A DNA stretch of 64,000 nucleotides. Source: Candidatus Riflebacteria bacterium HGW-Riflebacteria-1. GTDB taxonomy: Bacteria; Muiribacteriota; Ozemobacteria; Ozemobacterales; Ozemobacteraceae. The notes under the pieces were generated by a model. It worked only from the letters and a program-made list of their open reading frames with translations. It was not told where the DNA came from and did not search any database. The stretch spans positions 64,001 through 128,000 of the forward strand of contig PGYB01000006.1 in the NCBI GenBank assembly GCA_002839445.1, in the 5' to 3' direction. Below are positions 47,526 to 56,505 of the stretch, piece after piece. Every line of letters starts with the position of its first letter. Positions within the stretch are counted from its first letter, which is position 1. Position numbers and translations under genes: made by a program.

Positions 47526-49196
47526 ATGAACTATTCAGATGTAGCAGCGTGCCCGGCGGTCTTGCAGCAGAAACATATTGCGTGGTGGCAGGGTGATCAC
47601 GAACAGCTGTCCGTGATGTCTGAAGCCGTAGCCAGAACTCTTTCCGAAATCAACCGGCCTGTCTTTGTCATTCTCAAAGATGGCCAGCTTGCTTTTGCCG
47701 CAGCCGGCACCCTTTCTTTTGATCTGACAACAAGACCGGTCAAAAGTCTGCCGCTGCTCGCCATGCTCCCCCCCTGCCCGCTTGAGAATCTTGGTGACAC
47801 CTCGTTTTGCCGCGATCACGGTCTGAAACTGCCTTATGTTGGCGGTTCGATGGCGCACGGCATCAGTTCGCCAGAGATTGCCATCGCGCTTGGCCAGCAC
47901 GGGATGATAGGTTTTATCGGCGCTGCCGGCGATTCCCCGGCCAAGGTCGAAAAAGCTATTTTACGTATGAAAAGCCTGCCTGAACCAATACCGTTCGGCT
48001 TTAACCTTATTCACAGCCCCAACGAGAAAGGGCTTGAAGACGAAATCGTCGATCTATATCTCAGACATGAAGTGAGATTGCTCGAAGCCTCGGCTTTCCT
48101 CGCCATGTCATTGCCGCTGGTGCGTTATCGCGTCACCGGTATTCATGAAGATGAAAACGGCAATATTATCACGCCAAACCGCATTATTGCAAAAGTCAGC
48201 CGTGTTGAAGTCGCGTCGAAGTTCTTCGCGCCGCCGCCGGATAAAATGTTGCAAAAGCTTGTGGACACAGGAGTGATTACTGAGCAGCAGGCAAAGCTGG
48301 CCGCACAAATTCCGGTAGCGCAGGATCTGACTTCTGAAGCAGACTCTGGTGGGCATACTGACAATCGTCCGGCGGTATCACTGCATCCAACAATGGTCGC
48401 GCTTAAAAACCGCATGCAAAAAGAATATAACTATAAACAGCCGTTGCGCGTCGGTTTTGGCGGCGGCATCGGCACGCCGGCTTCGGCGGCAGCCTCGTTC
48501 GCCATGGGCGCTGCCTACATCGTGGTCGGCTCGGTGCATCAGGCATGTAATGAATCCGGCACTTCTGACGCGGCGCGAGCTATGCTTGCCGGCGCCGGTC
48601 AGGCAGATATTGCCATGGCTCCAGCTGGCGACATGTTTGAAATGGGTGTAACCGTGCAGGTTCTCAAGCGCGGCACCATGTTCGCCATGCGTGCCCAGAA
48701 ACTCTATGAAATTTACCGCAAATACGAAAGCATCGAGGCAATACCTGCAGCTGATCGCCAGATGCTCGAAAAATCAGTCTTTCAGGAAAACCTCGACACG
48801 ATCTGGGCGCAGACTGCCGATTTTTTCAGGCAGCGCGATCCATCACAACTCGAGAAAGCCGAAAACGACCCGCACCACAAAATGGCACTGATTTTCAGAT
48901 GGTATCTCGGCAAGTCTCCGCGCTGGGCAGTTGCCGGCGAAGAAGCGCGCAAGGTCGACTACCAGATATGGTGTGGCGCTGCCATGGGCGCCTTTAACGA
49001 ATGGGCGAAAAACAGTTTTTTTGAAGACCAGATAAATCGAAAAGTGGTCGACGTAGCCATGAACCTGCTTTATGGTGCAGCTCTTGAACTGCGCCTGACG
49101 CAGCTGCGCAACCAGGGCATTGTTCTGCAGGCAGCTCTGAATCAGGTTTCCCCCAGGCCGCTTGACCAGATAGAAAAACTTGCTGACGCCTGCTGA
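47526..49196 (+). CDS. PfaD-family enoyl reductase (FMN-dependent, nitronate-monooxygenase-like fold; trans-acting ER of PUFA/polyketide synthases)
   Basis: LKLPYVGGSMAHGISSPEIAIALGQHGMIGFIGAAG matches the PfaD core. About 550 aa with an N-terminal extension. Confidence 0.7.
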   Translation: MNYSDVAACPAVLQQKHIAWWQGDHEQLSVMSEAVARTLSEINRPVFVILKDGQLAFAAAGTLSFDLTTRPVKSLPLLAMLPPCPLENLGDTSFCRDHGLKLPYVGGSMAHGISSPEIAIALGQHGMIGFIGAAGDSPAKVEKAILRMKSLPEPIPFGFNLIHSPNEKGLEDEIVDLYLRHEVRLLEASAFLAMSLPLVRYRVTGIHEDENGNIITPNRIIAKVSRVEVASKFFAPPPDKMLQKLVDTGVITEQQAKLAAQIPVAQDLTSEADSGGHTDNRPAVSLHPTMVALKNRMQKEYNYKQPLRVGFGGGIGTPASAAASFAMGAAYIVVGSVHQACNESGTSDAARAMLAGAGQADIAMAPAGDMFEMGVTVQVLKRGTMFAMRAQKLYEIYRKYESIEAIPAADRQMLEKSVFQENLDTIWAQTADFFRQRDPSQLEKAENDPHHKMALIFRWYLGKSPRWAVAGEEARKVDYQIWCGAAMGAFNEWAKNSFFEDQINRKVVDVAMNLLYGAALELRLTQLRNQGIVLQAALNQVSPRPLDQIEKLADAC

Positions 49197-49911
49197 TACA
49201 AATCCTGATTTTACCAGACCACGCGCTGATATCTGGATAATCGATTCCGGCCGTTTTGCCGACAGCGCTGAAACATTGCGCGGTTTACTGGCGCCAGATG
49301 AGTTGACACGCTATGAGCGCTTTGCCTGTCGGCAGACCGCTCTTACCTGGTTGACGGCAAGAGCCAGTCTGCGCTTTCTGCTTGGCAGATATCTCGATCT
49401 GCCGGCGCGCGAGCTCGCGATTCATACCAGCGAAAATGGCAAACCATTTGTCGAAAACATGTATGATCTCTACTTCAATGTCAGCCACAGTGCTAATATT
49501 GTTGTGATTGCCATGACCGGCTGGGCGGTCGGCATAGACGTCGAAAATCTCAGCCGTAAGGTCGACAGCGCGGCGGTGCTGCGCCGCTTCTTTTCGCCGA
49601 CTGAGCAGGCCAGCTGCGCCGCAAATCAGGTGATCGACGCGCAGAAAACTTTTTTCAGAGGCTGGACACGCAAAGAGGCTGTGCTAAAAGCTACTGGCGA
49701 AGGCATTGCCGGCCTCGCGCACAACGAAATCAACTTTGCCCCCGGCTTGACCAGAGCCATGCTCACCTATCGTGGCTCACAAGAGGCTGCCAGCAGTTGG
49801 TTTTTTTACGAGTTCGAACCGGCACAAGGCTATATCGCCGCACTCGCCTGCCAGTCGCCTGCGCTGGCTATAAGCGAAAAGCGACTGCAGCCAGCTTCCC
49901 TCAACGACTGA
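49180..49911 (+). CDS. 4'-phosphopantetheinyl transferase (Sfp/EntD type)
   Basis: GIDVE, FSPTEQ and WTRKEAVLKATG motifs. Non-ATG (TTG) start overlaps the upstream stop. Confidence 0.7.
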   Translation: MLTPADTNPDFTRPRADIWIIDSGRFADSAETLRGLLAPDELTRYERFACRQTALTWLTARASLRFLLGRYLDLPARELAIHTSENGKPFVENMYDLYFNVSHSANIVVIAMTGWAVGIDVENLSRKVDSAAVLRRFFSPTEQASCAANQVIDAQKTFFRGWTRKEAVLKATGEGIAGLAHNEINFAPGLTRAMLTYRGSQEAASSWFFYEFEPAQGYIAALACQSPALAISEKRLQPASLND

Positions 49912-49988
49912 ATCTACGGGCAAAAGCTCAGATCGTCTGGCGATGAACAACGGTCTTAGAATGTTTACTGAATCATTTTTGTAAGCCG

Positions 49989-50068
49989 GCGATTACGATT
50001 ACGCACACGAGAGTGATTGCGAGCAGCCAAAAGAAAGCAAAACAATGTCGCAGGTATTTACGAACGAA
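49989..50068 (+). repeat. Dispersed intergenic repeat, copy C
   Basis: gcgattacgattacgcacacgagag...caatgtcgcaggtatttacgaacgaa. It shares the hexamer tract, acgcRcacga, aacaatg and the 17-mer with copy B. Confidence 0.6.
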
Positions 50069-50154
50069 AATAACTGTAATTGGTAATACTCGCTTGATCC
50101 TGTGTGAGTTTCGTGGCAAAATCAAAAGCGACCAATAAGTTATGGAGAATTAAA

Positions 50155-50784
50155 ATGGCGGGTAAAGCTCAGCGTCAACCGAAAACAAAGTCTGAATTTA
50201 CTTACGGGGATTACCTCACATGGCCTGACACAGAGAGATGGGAACTGATCGACGGTGACGCCTACGCGATGACTCCGGGTCCCGACGCAGATCATCAACG
50301 TATTCTGGTCAACTTCTGTGTTACCATCGGTATATTTTTGAAGGGTAAGAAATGTGAGATCCTTCCGGCACCTTTTGATGTTCTGCTGCCCATCGGCGAC
50401 GAGGCCGATGAAGATGTTAAGACCGTTGTTCAACCTGACGTAATTGTTGTCTGTGACCCTGATAAAATAACCCGACGCGGTTGCCGTGGCGCACCGGACT
50501 GGGTTATCGAAATTCTTTCGCCTTCGACCGCCAGTCGCGACCAGATTTTAAAACGGCGGCGTTACGAAAAGGCCGGCGTTAAAGAGTATTGGATCTGCAA
50601 CCCGACTGACCGTGTGATTTTCGTTTATCATCTGCACAAAAACAAACTTGTCCTGTTCGAAATCTATGATGACAAGGCAAAAATCGAAGTAGCAACGCTG
50701 CCCGGGTTGACACTTGACTGCAGTGAGGTTTTTCCGCCAGCCCCGCCGGTAATTGTCAGAGAATCGCCGGCGGTTTATCTCTGA
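50155..50784 (+). CDS. Uma2-family (DUF820, PD-(D/E)xK-like) endonuclease
   Basis: GGAGA RBS. Motif pattern WELIDG...E...DVIVV...PDWVIEILSPST typical of Uma2. Confidence 0.65.
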   Translation: MAGKAQRQPKTKSEFTYGDYLTWPDTERWELIDGDAYAMTPGPDADHQRILVNFCVTIGIFLKGKKCEILPAPFDVLLPIGDEADEDVKTVVQPDVIVVCDPDKITRRGCRGAPDWVIEILSPSTASRDQILKRRRYEKAGVKEYWICNPTDRVIFVYHLHKNKLVLFEIYDDKAKIEVATLPGLTLDCSEVFPPAPPVIVRESPAVYL

Positions 50785-50889
50785 GCAACGGTGCCTGTCA
50801 CATAGATCAGAACAGTTGAATCATGGCTGAAGGCATGCTATCTTTTTTTTATCAACAGAATGCTTATCTGACCAGGAGAATTTTGATCT

Positions 50890-51594
50890 ATGGAACCTCT
50901 TCTTCAGATTCGCGAGGTAACGCGAAAATTCGGTAATGTGTGCGTGCTCGATCGCCTTACGCTGACCGTGGAACGCGGTGAAATTTTTGGGCTGCTTGGC
51001 CTGAACGGCGCCGGCAAGACCACCCTTTTCAAATGTATTTTAAAGCTGATCGCCCTTAACGAGGGTTCTATCCTTTATGGCGACAAACCGCTTGATCTCG
51101 CGACTATTCACGCCAAGATCGGCTATCTGCCTGAATTTTATCTGCCGCCGGGCGAACTGCGGGCCGGCGAATATCTGCGCCTGCTCGGCCTCGCGGTTTC
51201 TGGCCCGCGCCCCGATGTCGATTTTCTGTTACAGAAAACCGGTCTTGACGCTGACAAGCTGATTGGCGACTATTCTCGCGGCATGATTCAACGCCTCGGG
51301 CTCGCGATCGCACTGCTGAAATCGCCAGAATTTGTCATACTCGACGAGCCAACGCTCGGGCTAGACCCGCATGTAAGGCTCAAATTGCTGGAATGGCTCA
51401 GAGAACTGAATTCCCAGGGCAAAACCATTCTGCTCTCTTCGCATGATTTCGCGCAGGTCGCCAAGGTCTGCAAGCGTATCGCCGTTCTGCATGAGCACCA
51501 GCTCAGATACATCGGGCCGCTGAACGATTTTCTAGACCAGCATAAAACCTCTTCTCTCGAAGAAGCCTTTCTCAAGGAGACAGGCAATGCGTAA
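50890..51594 (+). CDS. ABC transporter ATP-binding protein (ABC-2 exporter type)
   Basis: Walker A GLNGAGKTT, signature YSRGMIQRL, Walker B ILDEPTLGLD. Confidence 0.85.
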   Translation: MEPLLQIREVTRKFGNVCVLDRLTLTVERGEIFGLLGLNGAGKTTLFKCILKLIALNEGSILYGDKPLDLATIHAKIGYLPEFYLPPGELRAGEYLRLLGLAVSGPRPDVDFLLQKTGLDADKLIGDYSRGMIQRLGLAIALLKSPEFVILDEPTLGLDPHVRLKLLEWLRELNSQGKTILLSSHDFAQVAKVCKRIAVLHEHQLRYIGPLNDFLDQHKTSSLEEAFLKETGNA

Positions 51595-52348
51595 AATATT
51601 CTCAATGGCCGCGATTACATTTCTACAGGGCTTTAGAACGCAGACGTTCCGGATTGTCGGCATGCTCTTTGTGGCGATCATGGCAATGACTTACGCTTTG
51701 CGCGTTCTTTCGATCGGGCATAAAGAAATGATGCTGCGCAGCTTTGGCCTGTCTGTCATGGAAATCAGCAGTCTTCTGCTGATCATTTTTGGTTGTGTGG
51801 CAAGCTTTTATCGTGAGCGCGAAACACGCCTGCAGGCGATACATCTGACTTACGTGTCGTCTTTCGATCACGTTCTCGGCCGCCTGCTGGGCAACTGCCT
51901 GCTGGTCGGCGCCTACACTATACTGGCAACGCTGGCCTGCGCGCTGGTGTTGTGGCACGAAAACGCCTGGAGCTGGGCATTTGTTATCGGCGCCTACTCG
52001 ATTTTTCTCAAACTCTGCATTGTCTGCGTGTTCTGCTCGCTTTTTTCCAACCTGCTCTCTTCGTCGATTTTCGCGTCGCTGATGACTGTTTTCGTCTATT
52101 TCGCGGCCGAATACGCTTCATACCCGCTTGCTATGATGCGGCGCACGCCCTCAGTAATTCCAGACTGGTTTTCGCGCGTGGTTTATCACCTGCTGCCGAA
52201 TTTTGATAAAATCGACCTCAAGTATTCGGCTATTCATGGCGAAGGCGTCGCGGCGCTGCTGCTTGTAGAAATTACACTGTATTCGCTGCTGTACATTGCT
52301 GTGGTTTTTATTCCTGCGTGGAGGGCTTTCGCACGCCATGAGCATTGA
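51587..52348 (+). CDS. ABC-2-type transporter permease
   Basis: Six hydrophobic helices. It overlaps the ATPase stop. Confidence 0.6.
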   Translation: MRKIFSMAAITFLQGFRTQTFRIVGMLFVAIMAMTYALRVLSIGHKEMMLRSFGLSVMEISSLLLIIFGCVASFYRERETRLQAIHLTYVSSFDHVLGRLLGNCLLVGAYTILATLACALVLWHENAWSWAFVIGAYSIFLKLCIVCVFCSLFSNLLSSSIFASLMTVFVYFAAEYASYPLAMMRRTPSVIPDWFSRVVYHLLPNFDKIDLKYSAIHGEGVAALLLVEITLYSLLYIAVVFIPAWRAFARHEH

Positions 52349-53165
52349 GAACGTTATGGAGCGGTATTGCTGGCTGATTTTTCTCGTTCTTTTTAGCGTT
52401 ACTCTGGCGTTTTCGTTTCAGCTGGGCAGCGACACGCCGTCGGTGCGTGGCGGGCTGTCTTTTGTGCCGCAACCAGAGTATGTCGAGCGCGTGAGCGGAA
52501 CTTTCAGGTCTGCCGTCGCGCAGTTCTTTTATATGCGCGGCGCTCTCGAACTGGCCGGCGATACATCAAAAAAAGTCGACATGCTTCTTGAACTTTTTCA
52601 TCTGGCACTGCGCCTTGACCCCCGGCTCGTTCAGGCCGCTTTTCTCGGTGGCATGGTCGCGCCAGGCAGCGAAGAAGATCTCAAAAAAGCCGCGGTTTTT
52701 CTTGATAAGGCCGTTGAACTGAACCCGAATAATTGGCGCATTTTATATTGGACCGGCTTTACTTATCTCGAACTTGGCGATATCCGCAACGGCACTGACC
52801 GCTACTGGAAAGCTTCGCTGCTGCCAGGTGCCCCACCCTTTCTGCGCTTTTCGGCTGCCAATCTGCCGACGAAGGGACGCACACTCGAACAGTCAATCAT
52901 CGAAACCGAAGGAATGCTCGAATCGGTAGACAACGACGATGCTCGCGAGTGGATAATGCTGCGCTTGCTGTGGTTGCATAACATGTTGATGCTTGAGAGC
53001 AAGGCAAGAGAATTCAAAGACCAGGTCTACCGCTACCCGGTCGAGCTCGAAGAACTGGTTGAGCGCGGCCTGATCAAGGAAATCCCGAAAGACGACATCG
53101 GCAACGGCTTCTACCTCATGCATCCCGGCGATCCCGAACAGGGATATATGGTGCGCAGCCTTTAA
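52338..53165 (+). CDS. Hypothetical protein with TPR-like helical repeats, co-transcribed with the ABC-2 transporter
   Basis: N-terminal TM segment followed by an alpha-helical repeat composition. Start is ambiguous (52296 or 52338). Confidence 0.45.
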   Translation: MSIENVMERYCWLIFLVLFSVTLAFSFQLGSDTPSVRGGLSFVPQPEYVERVSGTFRSAVAQFFYMRGALELAGDTSKKVDMLLELFHLALRLDPRLVQAAFLGGMVAPGSEEDLKKAAVFLDKAVELNPNNWRILYWTGFTYLELGDIRNGTDRYWKASLLPGAPPFLRFSAANLPTKGRTLEQSIIETEGMLESVDNDDAREWIMLRLLWLHNMLMLESKAREFKDQVYRYPVELEELVERGLIKEIPKDDIGNGFYLMHPGDPEQGYMVRSL

Positions 53166-53475
53166 TCGTTTTTTTTTGCGTCATCGCTAAAATCTTTTTT
53201 AAATTAACCACTCCCATTGTAACCCGCTTTAAAAGACGTGTTTCATGTGGACATCTATTTTTCGCAGCAAATGCGATCTATGCGCAATTTGCAGGACCGC
53301 CACGAAAATGCGCAATAATAGAAACACCAATTAGATTTCAGGGCGGTACACCTCAGACGGATTCAGCAGCATTTTTTTTGGCTGCAATCCGACCTGTGAA
53401 ATGCGCTTAAACAGGCGTATTATCACGCTTCACACCTGCCGATAGTAGTATTAAGCAGCAGTACAGGAGCAGCAT

Positions 53476-54714
53476 ATGTCGTTACTTACAGTCGTTCCTT
53501 TTATCGCATGGTTGTTAACCATAGCCCTGGCACCATTATTATTCGAACACTTCTGGGAAAAAAATTCCAACAAGGCTGTGTTGAGTTTTCTTTTCGCGTC
53601 GCCAGTTCTGGCCTATCTGCTGACCCATAACATGAGCCATGAGCTCTGGTTGAGCACCGAAGAGTATTTTTCATTCATTGTACTGCTCGCGTCATTGTTT
53701 ATTGTTTCAGGCGGCATTCTCGTCGAAGGCGATATCGAGGCAACGCCGCGAAATAACATTTTTCTCTTCATCATCGGCGCGATTCTGGCCAACTTTATCG
53801 GCACCACCGGTGCCAGCATGGTGCTGATCAGACCACTGCTCAAAATCAACTCGCAGCGCACCCGCATGTCACATGTTCCGATCTTCTTTATTTTCATCGT
53901 CAGCAACATCGGCGGCTGCCTTACCCCGCTTGGCGACCCGCCGGTTTTTCTCGGCTTCCTCAAGGGTGTGCCGTTTTTCTGGACTCTGAGCCTTTTCCCG
54001 ATGTGGCTCTTAAACATGACATTTATTCTGACCATATTCTACCTGATTGACAGCTACAACTATAACCGTGAACCTGCAACAGCTCTCAATCGCGACGCTG
54101 CTGAAATTCGTCCGATCAAGGTTTCGGGAAAACGCAATACCTGGTTTCTGGTTGGCATTATCGCTGCTGTTTTCCTGCCGGCACCAGCAAGAGAAGTAAT
54201 GATGATCGCAATGAGCATGATGTCACTGCGCGTAACTCCTACTCGATGCCGAGAACAGAACAGCTTTTCATTCACGCCGATAAATGAGGTCGCCATACTT
54301 TTTGCCGGGATATTTGTCACCATGGTTCCCGCCTTGCTTCTGCTCAAGGAGCGCGGTGCCGAACTTGGCCTGACCCAGCCCTGGCAGTTTTTCTGGGTAA
54401 CCGGCGGTCTCTCGTCGTTTCTCGACAACGCCCCGACCTATCTGACAGACTTGTCGCTTGCTCAGAGCATGGCGGCCCACGACAGCAGCCTTGCCAAAGA
54501 AGTGGTTGGTATTCCGGCCGTGTATCTAAGAGCTATCAGCGCCGGCGCAGTGTTTATGGGCGCCAACACCTATATCGGTAATGGGCCAAACTTCATGGTT
54601 AAGACGATCTCTGAATCTTCAGGTGTGAAGATGCCATCATTCTTCGGTTACTTTGCTTATGCCTGCGCGATTCTGATTCCGGTTTTCCTGATTGACACCT
54701 GGTTGTTCTTCTAA
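53476..54714 (+). CDS. ArsB/NhaD-superfamily (ion-transporter) membrane permease
   Basis: About 11-12 TM helices. Segments IGGCLTPLGDPP and NAPTYL resemble NhaD/ArsB-type permeases. Confidence 0.6.
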   Translation: MSLLTVVPFIAWLLTIALAPLLFEHFWEKNSNKAVLSFLFASPVLAYLLTHNMSHELWLSTEEYFSFIVLLASLFIVSGGILVEGDIEATPRNNIFLFIIGAILANFIGTTGASMVLIRPLLKINSQRTRMSHVPIFFIFIVSNIGGCLTPLGDPPVFLGFLKGVPFFWTLSLFPMWLLNMTFILTIFYLIDSYNYNREPATALNRDAAEIRPIKVSGKRNTWFLVGIIAAVFLPAPAREVMMIAMSMMSLRVTPTRCREQNSFSFTPINEVAILFAGIFVTMVPALLLLKERGAELGLTQPWQFFWVTGGLSSFLDNAPTYLTDLSLAQSMAAHDSSLAKEVVGIPAVYLRAISAGAVFMGANTYIGNGPNFMVKTISESSGVKMPSFFGYFAYACAILIPVFLIDTWLFF

Positions 54715-54737
54715 AAGCGTCATTAAGCAGCACGCAT

Positions 54738-54770
54738 GCGGTCGGTGATATCACCGGCCGCTTTTTATTT
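54738..54770. terminator. Rho-independent terminator after the transporter gene
   Basis: gcggtcggtga-ta-tcaccggccgc stem followed by tttttattt. Confidence 0.65.
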
Positions 54771-54785
54771 GCGCCACTATGGGAC

Positions 54786-54864
54786 TTACGATTGCGATTA
54801 CGATTACGATTACGATTAAGAGAACGAGAACGAGAACGAGACGAGACGAGACGAGAACGAAACA
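54786..54864. repeat. Microsatellite-like tract: (ACGATT)x5 followed by (GAGAAC)x3-(GAGAC)x3-GAGAAC
   Basis: ttacgattgcgattacgattacgattacgattaagagaacgagaacgagaacgagacgagacgagacgagaacgaaac, 60 nt upstream of the first pseudopilin-like gene. Confidence 0.7.
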
Positions 54865-54926
54865 AGTCGAATTGATTGGCGCGGTTATGATTTCGCAGAC
54901 TGGCAATTTGCGGTATACTCTCAGAA

Positions 54927-55442
54927 ATGCTGAGCCACTACTCAAAAACTTCTGCGACAACACTGGTTGAGATTCTTATCGCGACAACGATTCTCGCGTT
55001 CACCATGGCGCCGATCGTCGCCATCTTTACCTTCGCCTCGCGCAGCATGGGTTCAAGCGTTCACCGCATTCAGGCGCAGTTTCTCGCGCACGCTGTTCTT
55101 GAATCGATAAAGGCCGAAGTTCACCGCAATCCTTCCGCGATCAATCAGTATCCCAGCCGCTTCGAAGTTTCGGCGGTGCGCAAACCGCTTGGCTTTTTCG
55201 CAACGTCGCGGGTTAATTTTTTCAACAACGTGCTCGGGCCTGACAAGCCGATCACGCCAGATTCGCCGCTCTACAAGGAGTTTGACCAGTTTCGCATAAT
55301 AGTTACTGTTCTCGGCACCGGCAAGGTGTCTGAGCTCAGTGTTACCGCCGAGTGGGCCTTTGACGGCAAAGATCAGAAGCTCGAAATAATTGGAAAAATC
55401 GACTCGCGACCGTACCGCTTTTCCAAATTCGAGCGCTATTAA
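54927..55442 (+). CDS. Prepilin-type N-terminal domain protein (minor pseudopilin-like) with Ala at -1
   Basis: MLSHYSKTSA|TTLVEILIATTILAF: a short leader, then the [FT]TL[IV]E motif with Glu at +5 and a hydrophobic helix. Confidence 0.5.
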   Translation: MLSHYSKTSATTLVEILIATTILAFTMAPIVAIFTFASRSMGSSVHRIQAQFLAHAVLESIKAEVHRNPSAINQYPSRFEVSAVRKPLGFFATSRVNFFNNVLGPDKPITPDSPLYKEFDQFRIIVTVLGTGKVSELSVTAEWAFDGKDQKLEIIGKIDSRPYRFSKFERY

Positions 55443-55446
55443 AGTT

Positions 55447-55944
55447 ATGCGAGAAAATCACGCAACAAACGCCCCGGCCCAATCGCGTCAAATCGTTCAG
55501 CGGCGCGCTTTTACGCTGGTCGAAGTGGTGGTCAGCATCGCGCTGTTTGCGGCGCTGGTCATCGTTGTCAGCTCGATGTACTCGTTTATCAGGCGCTCTT
55601 TTGTCAGGGTCGACAGCAAAAGCGCCGCGAGCTCTCAGATCGAAAGGTTTCTGCTGCGCCTTGACAACGAACTGCGCTCGGCCAGAGATGTCACTGTGCC
55701 GTCTTCTGACGCGCGATCAAACTGTCTGACCTTCGTTAACAAAGAAGGCAACGAGATTGCCTACGAATTTTCTGAAGATGGCACGGTAACGCGAATTGAT
55801 TTTCATAACGACAATCAGCGCGTGCTGATGCATGATGTTGCCAGTCTCAGCTTTTCGCGATTTACCCGCGGACTTGTCGAAATCTCGATCACGATCGGTC
55901 AGGTTCCGATTTTGACCGCGATTCATGTCTGGAATCTGCCATGA
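55447..55944 (+). CDS. Prepilin-type N-terminal domain protein (GspI/J-like pseudopilin) with Ala at -1
   Basis: ...QRRA|FTLVEVVVSIALFAALVIV almost matches the GFTLLEVMVALAIFA consensus except for G to A at -1. Start is either 55390 or 55447. Confidence 0.5.
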   Translation: MRENHATNAPAQSRQIVQRRAFTLVEVVVSIALFAALVIVVSSMYSFIRRSFVRVDSKSAASSQIERFLLRLDNELRSARDVTVPSSDARSNCLTFVNKEGNEIAYEFSEDGTVTRIDFHNDNQRVLMHDVASLSFSRFTRGLVEISITIGQVPILTAIHVWNLP

Positions 55945-56495
55945 CAACACTTGCCAGAAAATATTCGCGTCGCCAGCTTTCGTTACCTGCCACCGACAAA
56001 CGTGCTGGCATGGCCATTCCCATGGTGCTCGGATTCATTTTCGTCGCTACCATACTTGGCACTACGCTGCTGTTTCTGTCAAAAACCCGCGGCGCTGATA
56101 CGGTGCGCACGATCGGCAGGTTTCAGCACCAGCACCTGACTCAATCTGGCCTCAGCGAAGCGCTCGCAATAATCAAGCCAATGCGCATCTCTGAATTAAT
56201 CGCCAACCGCGGCGTGCAATGGAACTTTAACACTGTGCAACAGAACTTCGGAAACGCTGTCGGCTGGTGCGAAGTCACAGTCAAAACCCGAGGCAGCAGC
56301 GAACTCGAAATTGTCTCGACTGGCTGCTGGCAAGATCGCGACTCGCCTCTCCTGCGCCGCAGTTTTTCGTGTGTCGCGCGCTATTCAGAGACCAGGTCTA
56401 CTGAGTCAAACCTGTATTTAACTATGGTAAAGATAAATGGCGAATGGAAAGTCGGCAACTTCAGCGAAGAACTGCCAAAAAGCGATAACGAGTAA
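55941..56495 (+). CDS. GspK/PilX-like pseudopilin-type protein (no Glu +5)
   Basis: KRAGMAIPMVLGFIFVATILGTTLLFL follows the R-x-G-[MV]-A-[LI] pattern of GspK/PilX N-termini. It overlaps the previous gene's stop. Confidence 0.45.
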   Translation: MTTLARKYSRRQLSLPATDKRAGMAIPMVLGFIFVATILGTTLLFLSKTRGADTVRTIGRFQHQHLTQSGLSEALAIIKPMRISELIANRGVQWNFNTVQQNFGNAVGWCEVTVKTRGSSELEIVSTGCWQDRDSPLLRRSFSCVARYSETRSTESNLYLTMVKINGEWKVGNFSEELPKSDNE

Positions 56496-56505
56496 CTCAA
56501 GCTTT

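Noticed and set aside
28760-50068. Repeat copies B and C as direct-repeat boundaries of a 21-kb genomic island
   Set aside because: The intervening DNA contains core housekeeping genes (thrABC, opp-like transporter) with typical GC. No integrase or tRNA is present. It is more likely a dispersed regulatory or small mobile repeat.
54786-54864. Tandem repeat tracts (also 56506..56541 and 58181..58210) as possible CRISPR arrays
   Set aside because: The units are 5-8 bp with no spacers. A CRISPR array needs ~30-bp repeats separated by unique spacers. No cas genes are in the window.
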